NCBI GenBank assembly: GCA_963797135.1
Contig: CAWCOK010000011.1
Coordinates: forward strand, 220,444 to 284,443
Length of the DNA stretch: 64,000 nucleotides
Reading direction: 5' to 3'
DNA from: an uncultured Acidobacteriaceae bacterium
Lineage (GTDB): Bacteria > Acidobacteriota > Terriglobia > Terriglobales > Acidobacteriaceae
In this document: positions 61,590 through 64,000 of the stretch, piece by piece
Position numbering within the stretch: position 1 is the stretch's first letter
Layout: every line of letters begins with the position of its first letter
Position numbers and translations under genes: made by a program
Notes under the pieces: generated by a model
Told to the model about the DNA's origin: nothing
The model's database searches: none
Seen by the model: only the letters and a program-made list of their open reading frames with translations

Positions 61590-62771
61590 ATGGCCGTAAG
61601 AAAAACAACGAAGAGACTTTACCTGATTCCGGTGCTGTCGAAGGCGCTGGACATTCTTGAACTGCTGCAGGCCGAAAACCAGCCGATGACGCTGGAGGCG
61701 ATCCACCGGCAGACGAAGATTTCGAAGACGACCGTGTACCGGGTGCTGAAGACGTTTGTGCATCGCGGATATCTGTCGCAGTCGCCGGATGGCTTGTACC
61801 GGCAGGTGACGCGGCCGAAGAAGATGCGGTTCGGCTTTGGCGGGCAGAGCGCGGATATGCCGTTCTCGGACGAGGTGACGGAGAGTCTGAAGGATGCGGC
61901 GGCTTCGGTGGGTGTGGATCTGCTGGTGCTGGACAACCGATACGATGCGGCGACCGCGCTGAAGAATGCGGAGGAGTTTGTTCGTAGCAAGGTGGATCTG
62001 GTGATCGAGTTCCAGGTGGAGCAGGAGGTCGCGCCGATGATCGGCGACAAGATTGCCGGAGGCGAAGATTCCGCTGATCGCGATTGATATTCCGCATCCG
62101 CACGCGACTTACTTTGGCGTGGACAACTATCGCGTTGGGATTGAGGCAGGGGAGACGCTGGCGGCTTACTGCGATGGCGAACTGGGGAGGCAAGGTCGAT
62201 TGGGTGATTGGGCTGGATCTGCCGGAGGCAGGGCAGTTGGTGCAGAGCCGGATTACGGGTGCGTTCGAGGGGGTGCGGAGCGGGCATTCCGGATCTGCCG
62301 GTGGAGGCGTTTGTGCGGATCGATGGGCGAGGCATGCGCGACAAGAGCAAGAAGCTGATCTCGGACTTTCTGCAGCGGCATCCGAAGGACAAGCACATCC
62401 TGATTGCGGCGGCGACGGATACGAGTGCGCTGGGAGCGGTGGATGCGGTGCGGGAGCAGAAGCGGGAGAAGCATGTCGCGATTGTTGGTCAGGATTGCAT
62501 TGCCGAGGCGATTGCAGAGATGAAGAAGGACGGGTCGCCACTGATCGGTTCGGTGTCGCATGAGGCGAGTTCGTATGGGCCGAGCCTGATTCACCTGGGG
62601 CTGTCGCTGCTGCGCGGACAGACCGTGCCGCCGTATAACTATGTGGATCATAAGATGGTCGACGCAGGAGTCGTTGCAGTACGGAGTAAAGCGCCAGGTT
62701 CTATCGGGATTCGATCCGAAATGGTTTTCTCATTGGAAATAGTTGCTGTATTGATGTTGCCTGTGGAATGA
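61590..62771 (+). CDS. Transcriptional regulator with IclR-type HTH fused to an RbsB-like sugar-binding domain; several frameshifts, 3' end uncertain
   Basis: IPVLSKALDILELL..MTLEAI...KISKTTVYRVLKTFVHRGYL, then FSDEV..SLK.AA...VDLLVLDN, IPLIAIDIP, YFGVDNY, SALGAV, IVGQD. Confidence 0.8.
62734..62756 (+). promoter_or_regulatory. Candidate rhamnose-regulon operator abutting a -35-like TTGATG
   Basis: TGGAAATA-N7-TATTGA, identical spacing to 56032-56054. Confidence 0.5.
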
Positions 62772-62817
62772 TGATTAGGTGCGGCTCTGTTCTCAGGCAG
62801 AAGTTGAGGCTATCTTT

Positions 62818-64000
62818 ATGACGACAAAAGGCGGCGGACTGCGGTTTCTGGAGGATCGATGGGATGACGCGGTTGCGGCGAAGCTGGATGAGCCGGAGTT
62901 GCTGCGCTATCGGTCGAACCTGCTGGGTTCCGACCTGCGGATCACGAACTTTGGCGGCGGCAATACCAGCTCGAAGCTGGACCAGGTCGACCCGCTGGAT
63001 GGGCAGACGAAGAAGGTGCTGTGGGTGAAGGGAAGCGGCGGCGACCTGGGCAGCATCAAGCGCGCGGGTTTTGCGACGCTGTATCTGGACAAGCTGCTGG
63101 CGCTGGAGAAGGTCTACGGGCGTTGATCTCGAAGACGAGATGGTGGAGATGTATCCGCTGTGTACGTTTGGGAACAATCCGGTCGCGGCTTCGATCGATA
63201 CGCCGCTGCATGGGTTTCTGCCGTTTCCGCATGTGGACCATCTGCATCCGGACTGGGGTATCGCGCTGGCGGCCTCGGCGAACGGCAAGATGAAGATGGA
63301 GGAGTTCAACAAGGAGTTCGGGCACAAGCTGGCGTGGCTGCCCTGGCAGCGGCCTGGGTTTGAGCTGGGGATGATGCTGAAGAAGATCGTGGCCGAGACT
63401 CCGGGTTGCGATGGCGTGGTGCTGGGTGGGCATGGGCTGTTTACGTGGGGCAATACGCAGCGTGAGAGCTATCTGAATACGATCACGATCATCGATCAGC
63501 TGGGGCAGTTTATTGAGCGGCATGCGTCGACTGAAGGGCATAAGCCGTTTGGCGGCGGCGAGGTCGAAGACGCGCGAGGATCGCGCGGAGATTGCGGCTG
63601 TCGATCATGCCGTATCTGCGTGGCGCGGTCTCGCGGAAGCAGCGGTGGATCGGAAGCTTTTCGGACTCGCCGCAGGTGCTGGAGTTTGTGAACTCGGCGC
63701 AGGCGGAGAAGCTGGCGCATCTGGGGACGAGCTGCCCGGACCACTTTATCCGGACGAAGATTCGGCCGATGTTCATCAAGTGGAATCCGGCGGGCGATCC
63801 CTGCAGAGATTGAAGGAGCTGATCGAGACCGCGCTCGAGACCTATCGCGCGGAGTATGCGGAGTACTACAAGAAGCATGCGCTGAAGGATTCGCCGGCGA
63901 TGCGCGATGCGAGTCCGACGGTGGTGCTGGTGCCGGGAGTGGGGATGTTCAGCTTCGGGAAGAACAAGACCGAGGCGCGGATTACCGGCGAGTTCTACAT
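62818..64000 (+). CDS. rhaD: Bifunctional rhamnulose-1-phosphate aldolase / short-chain dehydrogenase (RhaEW-type), 5' part; frameshifts near 63118, 63565-63595 and 63805
   Basis: LRYRSNLLGSDLRITNFGGGNTSSK, WVKGSGGDL, ASIDTPLH, VDHLHPD, WQRPGFELG, GHGLFTWG, GTSCPDHFIRTK; follows the rhamnose isomerase. Confidence 0.9.

Overview
A GC-rich bacterial window, most consistent with an Acidobacteriaceae genome (Oar-like TonB-dependent receptors without SusD partners, gene content; inference). It has five blocks. (1) 0.6-15.1 kb: a LacI regulator, a secreted GH3-GH5-GH30-GH55-like/SMP-30 glycan operon, and a convergent TonB-dependent receptor + GH39 cassette. (2) 15.5-20.9 kb: three secreted amide/peptide hydrolases. 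(3) 21.0-41.5 kb: a Tad/Flp pilus locus interleaved with three GT-C-type membrane glycosyltransferases, a GtrB-like GT2, a methyltransferase, an atypical sigma-54 activator, a PilZ protein, two DUF192 proteins, a TonB-like protein and a 31-aa membrane peptide. Several sigma-54 promoters and a conserved upstream motif are visible here. (4) 41.6-55.9 kb: a membrane-anchored formylglycine-generating enzyme, a MoxR/DUF58/VWA/BatD operon, two tandem sulfatases and a membrane/SpeE-like fusion. (5) 56.0-64.0 kb: an L-rhamnose locus (receptor, isomerase, IclR-HTH/sugar-binding hybrid regulator, aldolase/dehydrogenase). About 13 genes carry small frameshifts that look like sequencing indels. The best candidates for an undescribed system are the sigma-54-controlled Tad pilus with its own lipid-linked protein-glycosylation kit, and the FGE + Bat/MoxR + sulfatase module. 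A ~230-bp intergenic element occurs twice in opposite orientation. All family calls come from motif recognition by eye; no database searches were run.
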